A DNA stretch of 64,000 nt from Tubulanus polymorphus (Eukaryota > Animalia > Nemertea). Shown one piece after another: positions 39,301-52,390 of this stretch. Below the pieces are notes generated by a model. That model was not told where the DNA came from. It made no database searches and was given only the letters and a program-made list of their open reading frames with translations. The DNA lies in NCBI RefSeq assembly GCF_964204645.1, contig NC_134033.1, positions 11,664,655 through 11,728,654 on the forward strand. Direction: 5' to 3'. The first letter of the stretch is position 1. Each line of letters opens with the position of its first letter. Both the position numbers and the translations under genes were made by a program.

Positions 39301-41146
39301 TCCTGCAAAAATTATTTCAACTTCAAATTGCCTCGCAGAGGTACAAAATAAGTTTATGCTTTAGATTCTTTAGTCCTATCTATTCGCATGCTTTTGAAGC
39401 ATCTATCCGCAACATTTTTTGATTCAGGCAATTCCCTCTTCTTTCGGAAAATTTGGTAAAATCATTGATGGCAAATGTAATTAAGAATTCCGTCTTATAT
39501 CTACATACTGAACTCGCATATCGATCCTGTATAACCAGGAAAACATTCACAAGCAATTTGCTGTCCTCTTATGACTTCACATCCATTTTCGCAATTCCCT
39601 TTGAACTCGCAAACTGGTGGTTTCACTGCTGTCGAAAGAAAGTATTTTCAAAATTTGTTCAGTTGGTTTTAGTGCGTCCATGGGATTAGATAATAAGTGT
39701 GTGTACTATCTACAAAATATACATTTAAAGGCGAGTCCGCTAGACTTTTCGAGTCCCATGGCTAAAACTTGTCCAAAGGGAAATTTCACACGAGGGAAAC
39801 AGTAAAAACAGTACAAATGGGCAAAAAATACACTCAATTTCATTGTGTGTCAGTGCCTTCGTTGACCAAAATGGCAAACGTGCTCTCGACGAAAAAGCTA
39901 GGCGTTATCTAAAAATTGAACGACACTTAAACATTTTCAAACTAGAGAGGTGACAATTCTGTTTGTCACTTACCATTCCGCAACGAACACGAACATGGTG
40001 TACAAAAAAATCAAAATTCGTCGCAAACATGGAGTAGTTTAAGGGCTATTCTACCGTAATTCTAATACGAGTCCATCAAATCCCCGAGAAAAACTTAGGG
40101 TTGCCGATGGTATATGCAGTCAGTATATATGCAGTAATACACATACCTTGAGTGCAAGTCGTTCCAGTCCATTCACTGGTACATGTGCATTCAGGAACTC
40201 TCTGGCTATTCCATGCGCACGTACCCCCATTTTGACAAAAGTGTAAACAAGTTCCTGCAAAAATTATTCAAAAAGCAATTTTTAACAATTAATCATTGGA
40301 TACTTCAACAGTAATGAAACTTCAAATAGCTTCGCGGGGGAACAAAACAAGTTTATGCTTCAGATACTTAAGTCATATCTATTTGCGTAATATTTTTGCT
40401 TCAGTAAATTCCCTCTTCTTTTGGCAAATTTTGTAAAAATCGTTGATGGCATTTCCTTCTAAACTATACATACTGTACTCGCATATCGATCCTGTATAAC
40501 CAGGAAAACATTCACAAGCAATTTGCTGGCCTCTTATGACTTCACAACCATTTTCACAATTCCCTTTGAAGTCGCAAATTGGTGATGCTACAAAATATAG
40601 ATTTACATGTCAGTGCATAACTATTTATCACTAAATGTATCATCCGTTCAACCATATATCTTTTAAAATGTATACTAACCGCTTTTTGCGCCTGACACAG
40701 CAAAACACAGAATAATGAAAACGTAACCTGCAATAATAAAGATAGAGTTGAATGTTTAGATTGTTTTCAATAAGGCATTGCCGTGCTGGGACCCAAACCT
40801 GATTCCGTCGAGATGGGACACACGGCTCTAACGGGCAGACCCAATCAGATTTTATATTTGAGATGTGATTTATGATTGTTTTATCGTGAAATATCATATT
40901 CGAATATCCTATGGGATAACTTGGCGATCGTTCAATCTGTCATCGGGTTCCAATGTTATAAACAAAATTACCCGATGCAAACATCGATCATATATTCAAA
41001 TTCTATCTATCATAACAAAACACTTTTAATCTCTTTTAGCTCGGACCGCAAAGCCAGTATTCGATGAAAGAAATTATTCCGAATACGGATTTCTTCGTCG
41101 TTCCTGATACATAATTGAAGTGCTCGTGTAACTTACCTAACATCAT
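33319..41146 (-). CDS. Mucin/zonadhesin-like secreted protein, copy C (1456 aa, or 1175 aa with the internal acceptor; extra EGF pair; very long PTS)
   Basis: 17 exons: 41146-41137, 40727-40680, 40587-40474, 40254-40147, 39628-39509, 39302-39195, 39010-38894, 38812-38705, 38540-38284, 37975-37695, 37572-37531, 37251-36986, 36848-36675, 36574-36467, 36368-36252, 35934(or 35091)-33797, 33573-33319. Lengths of the non-PTS exons match copy B except the last exon (255 vs 258 nt). Confidence 0.88.
34075..35915 (-). repeat. Coding 21-bp tandem repeat (PQSSTTT and variants) in two blocks, PTS exon of copy C
   Basis: Plus-strand unit TGTGGTGTGGTCGTTGACGAT, interrupted at about 35070-35170 by intron-like sequence. 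Confidence 0.95.
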
Positions 41147-41759
41147 GTTGACCGATTCAGTTGTCTGTGGCTTCTATGCTATAAGCTTATTGAAATATTT
41201 GATCACATTTAAAGGGATATTACTTACGTGGGCCGCGCCTTCTAATTGGTTCTGTAGTGAACAGAGTGTCCTTCAAATCTAATAACATTCTCCAAAGGGC
41301 TTCGAATAACAGTATAGGGTCTACCATCACAAGCTCATGTTACGTGATCGAAGATTTATTAATCTCTTTTTACAATTGTAATTGAAAATCGCGAGTATCA
41401 CTTCCATTGAATATATTGAATGTAAATTAGAATTCTCGTCTTCCAGACTTGTTGAGGATTGTGTCGATAAATTGATTTCAATTTCAATTTCAATTTGAAA
41501 CACAAAAATATCGAAATTTTCCCATATATCTTTTGTATATTAAACCCCGTCGTTATAACGTATTCAGGTATGATAATCTATCGGACGTACAAGCCAAAAT
41601 TATAGATATAGATAAGTCAGTTATTACCGGATAAAAACAAAACTAACGATACAAACCCACTCACTGTATGCAGATTTGAAATTTAAAAATCGAAATCTAT
41701 TCAATCAAAAATTAATCAAAGAGACACGTCGACATGTCTCTTTGTAGTTTATTTTTCTC

Positions 41760-41848
41760 TCTTGAGCACATCCGTATCCTCGTGACACGATTCCATTGCG
41801 TTGATACCGTCCGTTCACTTCGCAGACGAACGGTCCACCGCTGTCACC
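41760..41848 (-). pseudogene. Truncated trypsin-like protease terminal exon
   Basis: acag|[29 protein letters not shown] followed by an abrupt loss of homology. SWG has become SRG. Confidence 0.8.
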
Positions 41849-42423
41849 CTGTCAGTTGCAAATACACAGACTAATACGCTGTAATCCGCTAAATGCAGCA
41901 AGGGTCCAGCTTTATCGACTGCATAAGTATTAAACAACTGGACACATGTGTGCATTTTTGACCAGTTTTATAAACTAGATACATTCTTAACCACTGGACG
42001 AATGGGAACAATAAACAAACATGCACGAATGCAAAGCTGCTCATCGACATTTTTGCGACTTAAAATAAAAGCGATTCCTGGTTCCCGGCTGGTGGCGCCC
42101 CTTTTGGCTTACGGGCAACAAGCCAATCAGAACCACGGAGACCCGTTCTTTCAGTTCCGGAGCTCAGGCGTAAAGTTAACATTTTATTTTTCTCCATTTA
42201 ATATCGACTTTTATGCTCATTTTAATCGCCCATCTGTAATTTATTTATTCCTTAACGTGTCTGGTAACATTGTTAGCGGTGGTCATATAGTGTATTTAAA
42301 TAGCTGCCAGGCAGAATTTTGGGTGGAGAAATTTGCTGCCTCTCCTGATCGGTCTTCATTGATCGGTCTATAGGTCAAATTTTAGAGTTTGGAATAAATG
42401 GGGCATGGAAAATCAAAATGAAT

Positions 42424-42608
42424 AGGGCTTAATTTCCCTACCGAGGTAGGTGCCCGAGGAGAGGGCTTAATTGTCCTACCGCTAAGTAGGTACCCAAGGA
42501 GAGGGCTTAATTTCCCTATCGATAGGTAGGTGCCCAAGGAGAGGGCTTAATTGTCCTACTGCTCGGTAGGTGCCCAAAGAAGGGGCTTAATTGTCCTACC
42601 GTTCGGTA
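42424..42608. repeat. ~40-bp minisatellite, about 4.7 copies
   Basis: Unit AGGGCTTAATT(T/G)(C/T)CCTACCGnnnGGTAGGT(G/A)CCCAAGGAG starting at about 42424, 42462, 42502, 42542 and 42582. Confidence 0.9.
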
Positions 42609-42689
42609 TATTATCTATATTCATATTTTATTGCTCACAAAAAGTAATTTACGTAGAGCAAAAAGTACAAATTTACAAAAATTGTTTTT

Positions 42690-43460
42690 AACAAGATGGC
42701 AAATACAACAATAGTTCAGAAGTATTTCAAGCCTTTTCTAATATAAATGACTAAGTCAAGACGAGTTCTTCCTGTAGAATTTATAAGTTGGCAGAGTTTT
42801 AAATGACTTGGTCTAATTCTGTAGTAGGGTTTTATGTGCGCTGCGCGTATGTCATTGAAAAAGGGACAAACTAACAAAAAATTATATTCGTCTCCAAGTA
42901 TGGCTGTGTTGCATTTAGGACATATTCTCTCTTCTCGCGGGGTACGATCGTAACGACCCACTTCGATCGGTAACACATGGTTTGAACAGCGAAATCGGCA
43001 AAATGAAATCCGTAGGTAAGTTTGCAAGTCAGTAAGATACCTTTCCGGACCTCAAGTTTTCTTGAATAATTTGTAGGTATCGGCAACTCGAGTTTGATTA
43101 CATAAAGCTTGCTATGCTTGTATATATTGATCTTTTGGTCGGAGGGAGAGGGTATGTGCTAAATAGTCTGGGCTTGGAGAGTTCTTTCCGAACTGTCGCG
43201 TATAAATGATAACCACTTATTTTCATTGCCATTATCATTAGATTTATACAATGCTTTGTGCTTACTTCCAATCTTCAATTTGGCCCGAAATTTAATCATT
43301 CTGCATTTTAACTAGAATTTCGATAGGGTAACGGCCTAGTTCTCCATACACAAACACTGTTGGGGTATAGTTTTCCTTAGTTTTAAAAGGTACTTGAAAA
43401 ATAATGATTGTACTTTTTCTGACATAGATAGATTTTCGTCCCACCAATTTTCACATGCAA
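42690..43460 (-). mobile_element. 5'-truncated, degenerate non-LTR retrotransposon (LINE ORF2 C-terminal region)
   Basis: Minus-strand translation shows post-RT motifs FACENW..EKVQSLFFKYLLKLRK..LYGELGRYPI..RMIKF and the C-terminal zinc-knuckle region FCRFRCSNHVLPIEVGRY..REERICPKC..DEYNFLLVCP. The frame is disrupted. Confidence 0.85.
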
Positions 43461-44135
43461 ATGAAACAATGCTGCAGCATCCGGAGGGGGGGGGCATTAT
43501 TTAGTTCTCAATTACTTCTGCTGCAAGTTTGTAATATTGCGAAATATTTGGATTGAGAACGCCTTTAAATAAGATAATTGTCTGCAAGCTTTGAATTTTG
43601 ACAATATTCCCCGAGTGCCGTCTTAACTAGAGTATATATTGCATTGCTTTACGTTTTCCATGTCTCGTGCACGATACCAGCAATCTCCCATGGTTTTAGA
43701 TGTGTATCGTCAATAGTTTGATATCAAGCGACGAATAGGACAATCGATAACACGTGACAACCAACGGTATTTCATTAAGCAGAAACAGAATTTTATTTGT
43801 AATTTGAACCACTGGTACATAGTTTTTAAATCTTGCAGGATTGAAAATAAAGTTTGACGTTATCGGAATACAGCTGTTATATATATATATATGTATGAAG
43901 GAAACATTTCGAACGAGGAAACGATATTTGATATATCTTTCGATGAAACTTATTCCCGTGTTGAAGACTTCAATTTCTTACTTCGCATCATCGACACTTA
44001 ATAAATAAGAAAAGAGATTCCTTTACAAGAAAAGCGAATAATCTATAGACCTTGTCCGAGCTGATTAGACAAATCGATTAACTTTGACCGATTGTTTGCG
44101 GATAGATTTGTTGGATTCCTTGAAGATGAACCTGT

Positions 44136-47100
44136 TTACCCCAAGTCGACGTTAAAGGCGTATCGTCGATACTTGACGGGCTTAGGTTTTGTCGTAAATT
44201 CTGTACCAGCCACAAGATCGTATTGAGTGGCGTATTTCCTGTATCCGATATATTCGAAGGCCGTGTATCCTGGTGGTTTAACGTTGACTGATAGATCATA
44301 AGTTAAAGCCTTCGAATAATGGACTGTTGTGAATATACCCAAGAAATCTCCTTTCTTGACTGCAATGCGCTGATCTACCGGTACATCAACCTGTTAAAAT
44401 GAGTAAATTCATCTGCTATGATAAGGTCGATTTCAAACACATCGTGATCGTGAAGTCACGTATATTACTAATCAGGCTCAATTACTTCATTCACTGAATG
44501 TCTAAAAACAAGTGAATACATAGACCTATGATAGATATCATCAGTTTATCCCGATCTTAATGATTGGTTCAAAAAACTGTCGTGTCAACGCATATTTAGG
44601 TAGAAGCCGAGCTAAATGGATTTAAATTAAATAGAACAAAATTACCGAAACGTTTCCTGTTTTCGCGCCGCTCAGAACCTGGAACCCGATAAGTTTGAAA
44701 GTGTGGCTACCGGTTTTTCTGAAAACTGCGCCGTTCACATCCTTGCCGTTGCCGGTCGAATAGTAGTTCCAACGAATAATGGACGAATCACACGATATTT
44801 TGTAATCGAGAAGAACTACTAATGAACCCATGTGTTTCCAACTGCCTTTAGTCATGCTCTTTCCTCCAACTTTTACATTACACGTTGTTGGTGGTGGTGT
44901 CGGTGCAGGTGTCGGTGCAGGTGTTGGTGGTGTGGTCGTTGGCGATTCTGGTGTAGTCGTTGACGATTGTGGTGTTGTAGCCGTTGCATCTATCCCTAAG
45001 CCAACAAGAAATACAGAATATAATTCAATTAGTCTCAATTAGTGTCTTGCACTGACGTCACGGCGTGTGGCTGCAGCTGTAAGTTATCACTAAATGTTCT
45101 TCGTTTAGCCGCTAATGCTTGGTGTAAAATACGGATACTGCGACATCTCAAACAAAAGCTCTACCCATAATAGACAATAGTCACAGATGACGGGTAGTTT
45201 GAATTAGATATCAAAATACATACGTTTAAAATCCCCCACCCACCACTCTCAGTAGTTCAGAAAAGATTTAGCAAAACTACATGACTTTGCAGGTAAAATC
45301 TCGTGCGCCAACGATGACTTTTATTTACCGAATTTGCAGAGTGGTCCGGCGAATGAATTGGTGCAGGCGCAGTTTGCTTCTCCTAACTCGTCCTTAGAGC
45401 ACGTTCCTCCATTCTGACATGGATTCGGATCACACGGGTCACCGACTGAAATGAGAAATGCAGAACGCCATTATAACTTAGAGACTCGCAATATGCGATT
45501 TACTATTAACAACATGCGATAAACAATATGCGATTTACGATTAACAACATGCGATAAACAATATGCGATTTTCGATTAACAATATGCGATTTTTGAGACC
45601 TGACATCACTTACCTATTTCACAAAGATCCCCTGAGAAATTAGGAGGGCAGTCACACACAGGTTTACCGTCAACTGAGTAACATTCACCACCGTTTGAGC
45701 AGTTCGTATTGGCGCAAATATCTACAACGAAATATGATTAATGTTAAAAACTGGAGAAATGAACTTGAGATTACAATTGAGGAGATTTAAATAACGGTTC
45801 AACCTACCGCAATCAGCCACCGGGATGCATCTCGATGCGGCGTAAATAAATCCGGTATCGCATTCACATCCGGCAGAGTTTGGTAAATCACAATTTGCCG
45901 CATCGACGGTTCGTTGTTCACATGTTGGTTGACAACCGGACATTTTTCTATTAAAAACACTGTTTGCGGGACAATTCGGCACTAAAATAAAATATATCAG
46001 CGCTACTATAACATTATACACGATTTAGTCTCTATGTTTCTTGTCTTTTAGTGGTTTTTATCTCTTTTGTTTGTTTTTTTAATTAATTCTATATGAGCTA
46101 CATAGCATTATGTATTTGTATTCAGTTTCACAGGAGTATCGCGATTGTATCGTGTATCTTTGAACACGTCGAGTGTAAATAATTTCAAAGACTTTTCTAT
46201 AGATTTGAAATTCGTGAATCTGCGGACCTACAAAGTGTACGGCATACTCTGCGTGACACGCACATCAGACGGAACCATTTCTGGTATTAATGAATTCATG
46301 CAATCTTTCTTTCTATATCAAAATACCTTTCTTCCATCGTTTAGTTATTTCTATAATCTATATATAACATAATTTATCTTACGGCACAAATCCGCCGTTC
46401 TCCACGCGGTCACTGTATGTCCAGCCTCTTCACACGCAGTCTCCGCCTCAAAAAGCGACGAGCAAATGGTTTCCATATCACCTCTCATCGCCGCTCCGTC
46501 AAATACACAGTTGTCGAAAGTCGTGGTTATAGTGGTATCATTAGCACCGATACATTCACCGAATGAACCGTCAGCTTTATTCAACAGACCGCAGAAATTA
46601 TCAGCACCGTATTTCGTCTTATCAGCTTCCGTTAGTACGAATGGCTCACTTGAAACAGACGAAAATATCAACTTCAATGGAAAATACAAGCGGCAACTTT
46701 ACAAGAAACTCAATCAGAATTAGTCAATACAAACGTGAAATCTAAAACAGCATGTACAAGGTGCGAAATGCAAGATGATCAAATAGAAATTTCCGTTAAG
46801 TAACCTGCGGCAAAATTCACATCCTAGGCGCGTGGGATTTGAATAATGATCGTAGACGTTGAGTGAATGTGGTTTCTTTTGCCCCTGATGTATTTTAACG
46901 TATTTGTTCTAGTTTTTGTTTGATACTTACGCTGGAGCTTGTCGCTTACGTCTTCCGGCCCTCGCAACACAGCTGCAAAAAGATCCAATATTTCAAAGAA
47001 ACCGAGTATGGAACGTACTGATTTACTTCACCTAATCTGGAATCTACTGATTCTCTATTTCTCGGAAATGACATTGTATACATTTTTGATAAACCTACCT

Positions 47101-49941
47101 TCCCGGCACGACGCACTGGTTATCGATGCCAAGTAAGCAAGTCGCCGTCGCAGGATTGTCGTCAGCATAATTTCCATTACAATTTCCACATAACCCGGTC
47201 AATCTACCGCCGAAATTGTTTGGACCTGATCTTCCACCGTATCTTACATAGAGTCTGTACCCGTAGACGTATTGCACTAAGACTCCACAGTTTAACAACT
47301 GCACGCTATAGCTTCTATAACATTTCGTGATCTTTATTCCCGGGAGTGTGACGCAGCCGCATTGACGAACTCCGTTTATCTAAATGATGGAATGATTATA
47401 TTACACCAGACTAGATGTACATTGAGAAAATTAAACTGGAAATACTGCAGCAAGTCTTTTAGTTGTCACGTAAATTTTAAGATTTGACTCTAAAACACTG
47501 GCAATTTGTCGATTTCTACTTTGAATAAAACCAAGAAAGAATTGAAGGATTGTTTAAGCTATTTTACTTGCAATCAAAAAGAAGCAAACTTTCATCAACA
47601 GATTTACATAAGACCGATTGTAGAATATATATCTTACCCACAGATATTGGTGATTGAACTCAAGTCTGTATCCGTTGTATTCAACAATCGCATATTTGAC
47701 GTAAGCCACGCGATAATACGGAAGGTTCCGAGAAGATATACGATATTTGCAGGTTCCGTCTGCGTAACCGGCGTGCTCCGACAAAATGTATGCACAAGAA
47801 GAGCCTTGGAAGTTGAATGGACGCCGATCCAACGATTTGTAATGAGGATCGCCGTAAACCGAACAGACACTATTGCACGGTCGTATAATAGGCACTGAAA
47901 TAGGAATATTGTTTCATTTAGATTAGAAAGTGCTTTTAGGTTTATGAAACAATTTGACTGGGTATCAAAGTTCCTTCCTCCAGCCTCGGAATAAGTAGAG
48001 TCCTTATTCATTTAGAAGTGAATAGTAGATAATCAGCCTTTTTAACTATTTAACTAACCTTCACAGCGGGCGCCTTGGAATCCGGTTAAACACTGGCACA
48101 CTGGTTGATTGTTAACCACTTGACAGATTGCATTGTTTTTGCACGGATTTGGACTGCACGGGTTCGCTGTAATTGTGGTGATGTTTAAGGTCAGTATTTG
48201 ATAGTTTGATACGCGCTACTTGAAGGTGAACATAAAGTTGTACTTACCACAAATCGACGCGCAGGTACGAGACCTCCTATCAGTGGACACGGTACACTTT
48301 TGTCCAGGTGGACACGGATTCTTAACACATGGATCTGGTGGAAGAGTCACTGGTTGCATCGCCGCTGTCGAAAGAAAATGTTTTCGAAATTTGTTCAGGT
48401 GGTTTTAGTGCATCCATGGGATAAAATGGAAAGTGCACTATTTACAAAATATACATTAAAGTGAACGACAATTAAGTATCTTCAAAGTAGAAAAGTGACA
48501 ATTTTGTTTGTCACTTATCATTCCACAACGAACACTACGTGATTTACAAAAAAATCTAAATCTGTCGTTACTATGACGTAGTCAAGAAAAGGGAAATAGT
48601 CCATCGAACGGTGGACAATCGTATTTGCGCGATGTGAGACTGAGGACCGCGCGCTGGTCCCATCTATCACTTAACCTTAACGTGCGCGAGCGGCTGTTCA
48701 GGTAGCCAATCGGATACCTTGCGCCTTTGTCTGTTTCTCTCTACAGTTCTGCATCACAATAAGTAGACGTGTTTGAACATCCGTTCTTGCAAAAATCCGT
48801 TATAGTCGTCGCATTTTACTCCGTTAGCTGACGAAATAAGGACCGCAATGTAGTCTTCGACTTGCTGGCATTTATAACAACATGAACCGTGATATTATGT
48901 GCGCGCAGGCTCCTTTGTCAATTAACATAGGCTCGTTAATATGGCGTAACCAAGAAAAACTTCAGGTTTCTAATATGCAAATCGAACACCTACCTTGAGT
49001 GCATTTCGTCCCGGTCCATTCACTGGTACATGTGCATTCAGGAACTCTCTGGCTATTCCATGCGCACGTACCCCCATTTTGACAATAGTCTAAACAAGTT
49101 CCTACAAGAATAATTCAAATAGCCATTTTTACAATTAATCATGTTTGGATAATGGAACAGTAACGGATAAGACAAATCAAATAGCTCCGCGGAGGTATGA
49201 AACAAGTTTATGATTTAAATGTCATATCTATTTGTGTTTTCTTGAAGCATCTATCAATATATTTTGCTTCAAGAAATTGCCTCTTCTTTTGGAAAATTTG
49301 GTAAAATTATTGATTGCCAACGAAATTAAGAATTTCCTTCTTCAATAAAACATACTGTACTCGCAGAGGGATCCTGTGTAACCAGGAAAACATTCACAAG
49401 CGATTTGCTGGCCTTTTATGACTTCACATCCATTCTTACAACTCCCTTTGAAGTCGCAAATTGGTGATGCTACAAAATATAGATTTACATATCAGTGCAT
49501 AGCTATATATCAATCACTAAATTCAACCATTTATCTTTTGTTATTGTCTGGCAAAATTCGATTGTGTATAAAATGTATACTAACCGCTCTTTGTGCCTGT
49601 CACAGCAAAGCACAGAACAATGAAAACGTAACCTGCAATAATAAAGATGTTTTTCAATAAGGCATTGCCGTGCTGGGATCCAAACCTAATTGCATCGAGA
49701 TACGCGGCTCTAAAAGGCTGGCTTTTATGTCGATAAGCGACGGGACGCCTACCGACTCCTACCGACGCAACTGAGAGCAACCGCGATCGCAGCCCAGCTT
49801 ATGTCGACTGCGCTCCGATTCCCAGTAGCTGAGGCCGACTAGCGGGATACGAGATCCTCCCAGTTGCTTCCCTGCTCATGTCGGTTACGGTTACTGGCAA
49901 ATGCACCGGCTCATATGGTCACGTTACTTACCTAACATCAT
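44136..49941 (-). CDS. Mucin/zonadhesin-like secreted protein, copy D (784 aa; 2 PTS heptads)
   Basis: 15 exons: 49941-49932, 49632-49585, 49469-49356, 49101-48994, 48364-48248, 48166-48059, 47894-47638, 47379-47099, 46972-46931, 46648-46383, 45981-45808, 45721-45614, 45445-45329, 44995-44646, 44390-44136; 2355 nt. Confidence 0.9.
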
Positions 49942-51839
49942 CTGTGGTTTTTATGCTATAAGCTTAGTGAAATATCAAATATTTGATCATATTTAAAGGA
50001 ATATTACTAATATTGGCCATGGTTATGCAGTAAACAGAGTATCCTCCAAATAAAATTCTCCAAAGTGTTCGAATAACAATGGATCTATCATCACAAGTAC
50101 ATGTTACTAGATCGAATATTTATTGATCTTATTTTACAATTGTAATTGGCAATCGTGAGTATCACTTCCATTGGATATTTGTTTTTCAACAGTAGGTTTC
50201 ATTTCAGATTAAGTCTTCTATACGTTAATAATTTCATGCCTCGCAAATCTAAAAGACATTGTATGCGAGGTACAATAGCATGTTATTAGATATACAGTTG
50301 GAGACGTCTATAGTTGAAATATATTTATACAATGATTAAGTCTTTACAAACATAACGTCATTTTGCTCGAATTTCTCCGGATAACAACGGAAAATGATAA
50401 AAAACGGCTTTTAGTTCACCATGATTTGCAGTAATAAAACTGGCAACTCGTTTTAAAAGTGCACAGTTCATCTCATAAGTAAGGTCGTTTAGTAAGAGGG
50501 AACATTTTGTCGGATTGTGTCAGTCTGTTTAACTTGCTAGTTCGCGGAAAAGACGAAGTTGGTCGATTTCTAATACATGGGATGGGTTACGGCACTGGAA
50601 GATAAAATGACGAGTAATGAGGTTTACGTTACAGTACGAACAATGAGGATATACTTTGTTGCCAAAATCATGCATGGACATATGATGTTTCAGTAAGAAG
50701 TCTGCGCGAAGTCTGTTCAGGTTAACCTCATCATGAATTCCTGGTAGATACTGTACTTAAGATGAATTTGAAATGGCCTTTCACGTAATAGGATTTGAAT
50801 TGTGACAGGGAAGAGAGATTTCTGATTTGACAATCAAGTTTATTCCCAGTAAAATATGAAATTGCCCTATTGAATGTAAATCAGAATTCTCGTCTTTTAG
50901 AATTATTGTCGTGGATTTTGTCGATACATGATTTCAATTTTAGTATACCAAAATACGACTGTACTATGATGAAGAGATCGTTCTAAAACAGCCATAACTT
51001 TTCGCTTAATTAGTTAACGAGAACTCATTAGTTTTAGGTTCCTCTTGTCTTTCAAAGTCGGTATTGCCGCAATGATAACACGTGACGCAGTCATTTCAAC
51101 GCGATACAAATATAAACGAGTTTTTAGTTTTGCTGATTTGCAACGACTGATTCATCGTTGGCTAAAGCTTAATCAATCGCTGATCTATCTTCGATGGCCG
51201 TAAGATTGACAAAATCTCATTCTTCCGTATATACATATATTCATATCATGAAGCGAATTATCCAATAATACCCTCTTGCCGAAGTGATACGTATGTCGAC
51301 CACTTGAAAATTGAAAATATTTTCGTTCCGATGAAGTCGGTAATATTTAGTTAATCAAACAGCTGGATGTCTGAAAGGAGAAACTAATGAAATGAAAAAT
51401 ATTTCATCTGAACAAGATATTAATACTTCAATCGCTTGAATATTGATATATGCGATATTATGAGGCGTATGTTATGAAAGTGAGCGTAAGTGAAAGCCAT
51501 TCACTGGTGTTGATTGGAATTTCATTTTATTTGACACAAGTCCCGACAAATCATGTACGATACGAAATTGTGTACGGCTTCGAGATGGGTGTCTTTGCGA
51601 GGGGCTTCTATCTTGAGCACATCCGTATCCCCATGACACGATTCCATTGAGTTGATACCGTCCGTTCACTTCACTAATTGAAAATGAATTTAATTACCTA
51701 CTGTCCAAAACAATGAGCGGGGCTGATAGCCCACTGTGGGTCGATCAAAGTGGCTCAACATCCTTGGAATCCGTTGTTTGTCAGACCAGCCATCCACGGC
51801 CAGCTTCCGGGACGAGCTTCTTGGCCACCGACAATTCGG

Positions 51840-51947
51840 GACCCTGTTCCACAGGTCTGAATTAAATTTGACTCTATAGTTAAAACATTGAAAATGAACT
51901 AACTTTAACTCAGCGTTAACTCTAACTCACAACTGTGGGACCGAGTC
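51840..51947. mobile_element. 108-bp MITE (PIF/Harbinger-like 3-bp TSD) inside the protease pseudogene
   Basis: Imperfect TIRs GACCCTGTTCCACAG / CTGTGGGACCGAGTC. The flanks are CGG/CTG here and CTG/CTG in the 62495 copy. A related TCTAACTCACAACTG motif occurs near 1267. Confidence 0.75.
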
Positions 51948-52145
51948 CTGAATCCGCCCAAACCATTTCCTGGTCGTTGTTGGTCTCATGGTTGATGTTG
52001 GTCTCATGGTTGTTGTTGATCTCATGGTTGTAGTCTTCGGTTTCCGCGTGGTCGATGTTAATCCCGGGATGACGGGGTCACTGTAGTGTGAATAATAACC
52101 ATATTTTGAATAAGACTGTCTTATTTTCTTAAAAAAAGTATTTCA

Positions 52146-52390
52146 GGATAGGATAGGATAGGAAATTTCTATAGCGCCTTGTAAATAGCAGGGCTTTTAT
52201 CAAAGGCGCTCTCCAGACGAAGATGATGACTTGAACAGAAATGTCTTGAGCTGTGCTTTGAATGCTGGTAGAGAGTCAATATCACGGAGAGGTTGCGGAA
52301 GGGAGTTCCACACTATAGGTGCAGATGTCTCAAATGCACGTCCGCCGAATGACTTAAGACGACATGATCTGACTAACAGAAGGTTCTGCG
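52146..52390 (-). mobile_element. 3' end of an L2/CR1-type LINE with (TCCTA)n tail
   Basis: LRNGSQNLLLVRSCRLKSFGGRAFETSAPIVWNSLPQPLRDIDSLPAFKAQLKTFLF, followed on the minus strand by GCGCTATAGAAAT and a short CCTAT microsatellite tail. Confidence 0.85.

Noticed and set aside
42424-42608. CRISPR-like appearance of repeats with an internal hairpin
   Set aside because: The units abut with no unique spacers, the context is eukaryotic, and there are no cas genes.
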